Shown piece after piece: positions 38,377 through 41,351 of a DNA stretch of 41,351 nucleotides. Source of the DNA: Gammaproteobacteria bacterium. GTDB taxonomy: Bacteria; Pseudomonadota; Gammaproteobacteria; Steroidobacterales; JACDCP01. Where the stretch lies: the NCBI GenBank assembly GCA_013817465.1, contig JACDCP010000002.1, positions 1 to 41,351 on the forward strand. Reading direction: 5' to 3'. The translations under genes were made by a program, and so were the position numbers. Position 1 is the stretch's first letter. Each line of letters starts with the position of its first letter. The notes under the pieces are model-generated. The model worked only from the letters and a program-made list of their open reading frames with translations. It ran no database searches and had not been told where the DNA came from.

Positions 38377-38808
38377 ATGAAAGTCATGGTGTTCGTGAAG
38401 GCGACCAAGGGCTCCGAAGGCGGCGAAATGCCCAATCAGGAACTGATCACGGAAATGATGGCCTTCAACGAGCAACTGGAGAAGGCCGGCATCATGCTCG
38501 GCGGAGACGGTCTGAAGCCCAGCTTGGAAGGCGTGCGCGTGCACTTCTCCGGCAAGAACCGCACCGTCACCGACGGTCCCTTCGCGGAAACCAAGGAACT
38601 GGTGGCGGGCTATTGGCTCTGGGAGGTCCAGTCGATGCAGGAAGCCATCGACTGGGTCAAACGCTGCCCGAATCCGATGAACGAGGAATCCGACATCGAG
38701 ATACGGCCAGTGTTCGAGCCCGACGACTTCGGCGAAGCGTTTACGCCGGAGCTGCAGGAGGACTGGAAGCGCATTCAGGCTGAGAGCGAGAAACTCGCAA
38801 CGAAATAG
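38377..38808 (+). CDS. YciI-like / DGPF-domain protein
   Basis: ATG 38377 with GAGGAG 7 nt upstream. MKVMVFVKAT....E.MP..E...M..FNE.L..AG........L.PS..G..V.......V.DGPFAETKELVAGYW.......EA..W is the DGPF/YCII pattern. Confidence 0.8.
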   Translation: MKVMVFVKATKGSEGGEMPNQELITEMMAFNEQLEKAGIMLGGDGLKPSLEGVRVHFSGKNRTVTDGPFAETKELVAGYWLWEVQSMQEAIDWVKRCPNPMNEESDIEIRPVFEPDDFGEAFTPELQEDWKRIQAESEKLATK

Positions 38809-38868
38809 CCACGTTGCGCCCGGCGATGGACTCGGCTTGTCTGCTGCTGGCGGCGCGCATATGGATGC

Positions 38869-39532
38869 TCAGGAATTGCCGGCGATCAGCCCCGCCGTAC
38901 ATACGCTCGAGGTCGACCAGCTCCACGTCCGTGCGCTGCGCCACGGCCGTGACGAGCTCCGGGGCGAAGTCGGCTCGGAGGACGAGCAGCTTTGCTTCCT
39001 TCGCACGACGGCCGAGCGCCGTTCGCGCGCGCCTCGAGACGGAGCAGATGTCGTTTCGAGATTTGTTCGCCGGCCTTCGCTTCGCCGATCGATAGGATGG
39101 TGCGCTCGGACGCCGTCTCGGCGTCGGCCGCGGCGATGACGACGTCGAGCTCCGTTTCGGAGTCGTCCGCCGACGACCGTCGTCGGACGGACGTGGCCGG
39201 AAGTCCCGCCGAGCGTCGCCGGATCGGCGATATGCATGGTCCAGTAGCGTGCCATCGCTTCGACGCACGGCCCGAACACTTGCGACTCAAAGGGGGCTTT
39301 GATGCGACGCCATATTCGCATGGTGTCCGCGTCGTGCCGCGAGAGGCGAGCGCCGTGACGCCGGATCACGGCGTAGTGAAAGCGGATCAGCGGATCGGCC
39401 GGATGATACGTCGGTCGATTCTCGCGAATCGGGTCCTGAACCCGCTCGATGAGCTCGGCCGACATGAGCGCGTCGACGATCTTATTGAACGAAGTGGCGG
39501 AGCGTTTCTTGTCCCGAATCTCATCAGCGCCG
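38869..39532 (-). pseudogene. C-terminal remnant of an ATPase gene of the archaeal-ATPase/DUF234-like type (multiple frameshifts, no ATPase domain left)
   Basis: Three minus-strand frames must be joined. (1) FNKIVDALMSAELIERVQDPIRENRPTYHPADPLIRFHYAVIRRH...FESQVFGPCVEAMARYW. (2) ELDVVIAAADAETASERTILSIGEAKAGEQISKRHLLRLEARA. (3) AKLLVLRADFAPELVTAVAQRTDVELVDLERMYGG. The winged-helix region, Y-x-ADP-hydrophobic-RF motif, ELDVV...GE.K nuclease-like core and the tail resemble DUF234-type proteins. The family call is from memory. Confidence 0.45.
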
Positions 39533-40450
39533 TCAGATTACTCGATGCCAGGGCGCAGCCAGAATCCTCTCTTCTCCAGCATGCAGAAGCAGCCCCGAGG
39601 AACCGGTCGCTGAACTCATAGCGTAACGCCTTGAGCCCCCGCGAGTCCGAAAGCCCCGGTTGCTGCCCCGCTTTGACTTCAACGGCGATCAGTCCGCGGG
39701 AATGCTCGATGACGAAATCCACCTCGAGATCGGTCGTCGTGCGCCAGTAGAGGATCTCCGGCCGCAGCACCTGGGCATGGCGCCAGGCGAGCAGATCGAG
39801 CAGCACCAGATCCTCGAGGTGAAAACCGGTGGGCTCGGCGTTACCTGAGAGGCGGAGGCCCAGGCCCGGATCGCTCCAGTACAGCTTCGGTGTCTTGATG
39901 AGCCGCTTGGTCCGGCTAACCGCATAGCTTTCCAGCCGCACGAGCTGGTAAGAGGTCTCGAGGAGATTCAGTTAACTCTGCACGGTGGGACGTGGAATCC
40001 GAGTATCGCGGCCCAGCTCGGCCTGGTTGACGAGGCCGCCGAGGCGCAGGCAAGCCGCCCGCATCAGGCGCCGGAAGTCGAGCAGGTTTTCGATCAAGGC
40101 GAGGTCCTGCAGGTCGCGTTCCAGGTACGTCTGCAGGTAGCCGTCGAACCAGACCGCGCGGGCTTCATCCGAATCGACCTCGATGGCCGGTGTCGGATAG
40201 CCGCCCCGTCGGGCGTCGGCGCGCCAGTCGGCCGACGAGCTCGTACCAGTCGTTGACCGGGCAGCCGATCAGCTCGCTCCAGAGGCCGACCCGTCCCAGT
40301 CCCAGCCACTCGCGCCGCGTGAGCGGCCACAGCGTGAGGTAAGTGGCACGGCCGGCCAGCGTCTCGGGAGGATCCTTTTCATCAGCAGGAGATTGGCCGA
40401 GCCAGTGAGGACTAAACGTCCGGGCTTTCGTGGACGGTCGGAATCCACGG
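39533..40450 (-). pseudogene. decayed AAA-ATPase gene with DUF4143 C-terminal domain (5-prime truncated, in-frame TAA, several frameshifts)
   Basis: Minus-strand pieces: GRLVLTGSANLLL / ETLAGRATYLTLWPLTRREW / GGYPTPAIEVDSDEARAVWFDGYLQTYLERDLQDLALIENLLDFRRLMRAACLRLGGLVNQAELGRDTRIPRPTVQS-(TAA at 39972..39974)-LNLLETSYQLVRLESYAVSRTKRLIKTPKLYWSDPGL ... ILYWRTTTDLEVDFVIE...IAVEVKAG. Frame changes lie near 40370, 40215 and 39598. The Walker A region is absent. Confidence 0.7.
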
Positions 40451-40578
40451 CGCGTTTTATTGAGCGCTTCTTCCTAGCTCCACCGTCAGCGCCATCCGAG
40501 AGCAGATTCCATAGCCTGATGACGGCGTTTAGGCCCCTCGCCTGGATAAGTCAATCCGCAGAGGCTCAGCGCGGCCGG

Positions 40579-40607
40579 TTGAACGCTCCTGCACCGGCCC
40601 CTATAAT
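40579..40607 (+). promoter_or_regulatory. sigma-70 promoter of the atp operon
   Basis: TTGAAC (40579..40584), a 17-nt spacer, then TATAAT (40602..40607). It lies about 100 nt upstream of atpI. Confidence 0.6.
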
Positions 40608-40703
40608 GCGCAGGCTGATCCGGGCCCGGGCTACGGGTCGAACGGCCGCATCTCAAAGGATCCCGCGAAGATGGCCACCGTCGCCGCGCAAGCGGCGTGA
40701 AGT

Positions 40704-41123
40704 GTGGCCTTTTTATTGCCTGCTGAGGGCCGGTCTCTGGTTGCCGAGGACTACGAGAGCGCGCGACGGGTGGGCTTGGTGATCGTGCTGGGCCAGCTCG
40801 GCGTCACGCTCCTTGCCGGAGTTTTGTTTCTGCTGGCATCGGGCTTCCGGGCCGGCTATTCAGCTTTCTTCGGTGGGGCCATCGGGACGCTCGCCAGCCT
40901 GTATATGGCGGTGAGCTTTTTCCGGGCCGGCGCGGGTGCGGATCCCCAGCGGATTTTGCGGGGAGTCTACACGGGAGAGTTCGTGAAGCTGATGATGACG
41001 GCAGCGCTGTTCGTCATCGTGATCGTGCTTTTTGAGGTGGCGTTCCTGCCCTTGTTCGTCGCTTATCTGGCGACGTTCGTCGTTTACTGGCTGGCATTGC
41101 TGAAGGCGATGCCGCGGAACTGA
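40704..41123 (+). CDS. atpI: ATP synthase protein I (AtpI)
   Basis: 139-aa hydrophobic ORF immediately upstream of atpB. LLAGVLFLL.....GYSAFFGGAIG.L........F.......P..IL...Y.GE..K is AtpI-like. The GTG start is uncertain. Confidence 0.75.
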   Translation: MAFLLPAEGRSLVAEDYESARRVGLVIVLGQLGVTLLAGVLFLLASGFRAGYSAFFGGAIGTLASLYMAVSFFRAGAGADPQRILRGVYTGEFVKLMMTAALFVIVIVLFEVAFLPLFVAYLATFVVYWLALLKAMPRN

Positions 41124-41132
41124 TCGAGAATC

Positions 41133-41351
41133 ATGAGCGCAGAAGGCCCCGAAAACAGCACCGGCTATATCGTCCACCACCTGACCAACCTGCACGTGGG
41201 CGAAGGATTCTGGACGCTGCACCTCGACAGCATCCTGTTCTCGGTCGGCCTCGGCACGCTGTTCTGCACGCTTTTTTACCTGGGCGCGCGCAAGGCGACC
41301 ACCGGTGTGCCGGGCCGGCTGCAGAATTTCGTCGAGCTCATGGTCGACTTC
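41133..41351 (+). CDS. atpB: F0F1 ATP synthase subunit a (N-terminal part, runs off the window)
   Basis: MSAEGPENSTGYIVHHLTNLHVGEGFWTLHLDSILFSVGLGTLF....ARKATTGVPGRLQNFVELMVDF matches the conserved N-terminus of proteobacterial subunit a. No stop codon occurs before the window end. Confidence 0.88.
   Translation, partial: MSAEGPENSTGYIVHHLTNLHVGEGFWTLHLDSILFSVGLGTLFCTLFYLGARKATTGVPGRLQNFVELMVDF

Overview
High-G+C proteobacterial chromosomal window, most likely gammaproteobacterial (inferred from gene content and order). It carries the origin-proximal housekeeping block mnmG ... rsmG-parA-parB ... atpI-atpB, but that block is interrupted twice. (i) About 15 kb of transport and metabolic genes lie between mnmG and rsmG: oppA, pirin, oppBCDF, a DUF945 protein, glutathione peroxidase, cytochrome c4, and an MBL-hydrolase / YhdH-AcuI-like reductase / prpB-prpC-prpD cluster. 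(ii) About 4.7 kb of accessory DNA lies between parB and the atp promoter: a strongly AT-rich leader, a hipBA-like toxin-antitoxin pair with an unusually long 200-aa HipB, a YciI/DGPF protein, and two decayed ATPase genes. The left end (1 to about 4.9 kb) is a second accessory-looking patch with visibly lower G+C. It holds a DUF4236 protein, a small Cys-rich secreted protein, a frameshifted excisionase-like HTH gene and a coiled-coil TIR-domain protein. These are followed by a near-consensus sigma-54 promoter in front of an EF-hand protein and a c-type cytochrome, and the patch ends at an apparently truncated DUF4396 gene. The middle of the window carries ppk2, membrane proteins, DUF2934, a Gln-rich secreted protein, a PQQ sugar dehydrogenase, a Gre-family factor, an AraC regulator, DUF1761 and a lipoprotein-hydrolase/NatA/NatB operon. 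I saw no rRNA, tRNA, CRISPR array, or intact integrase or transposase. Non-coding structure worth noting: an 84-bp element with 26-bp perfect inverted arms overlapping the prpB stop codon, a run of five hairpins at 12.91-13.07 kb, and a 27-nt GNRA hairpin present twice with pairing-preserving substitutions. Most long antisense ORFs in the track are high-G+C shadow ORFs. All family assignments come from motif recognition by eye; no database search was possible.
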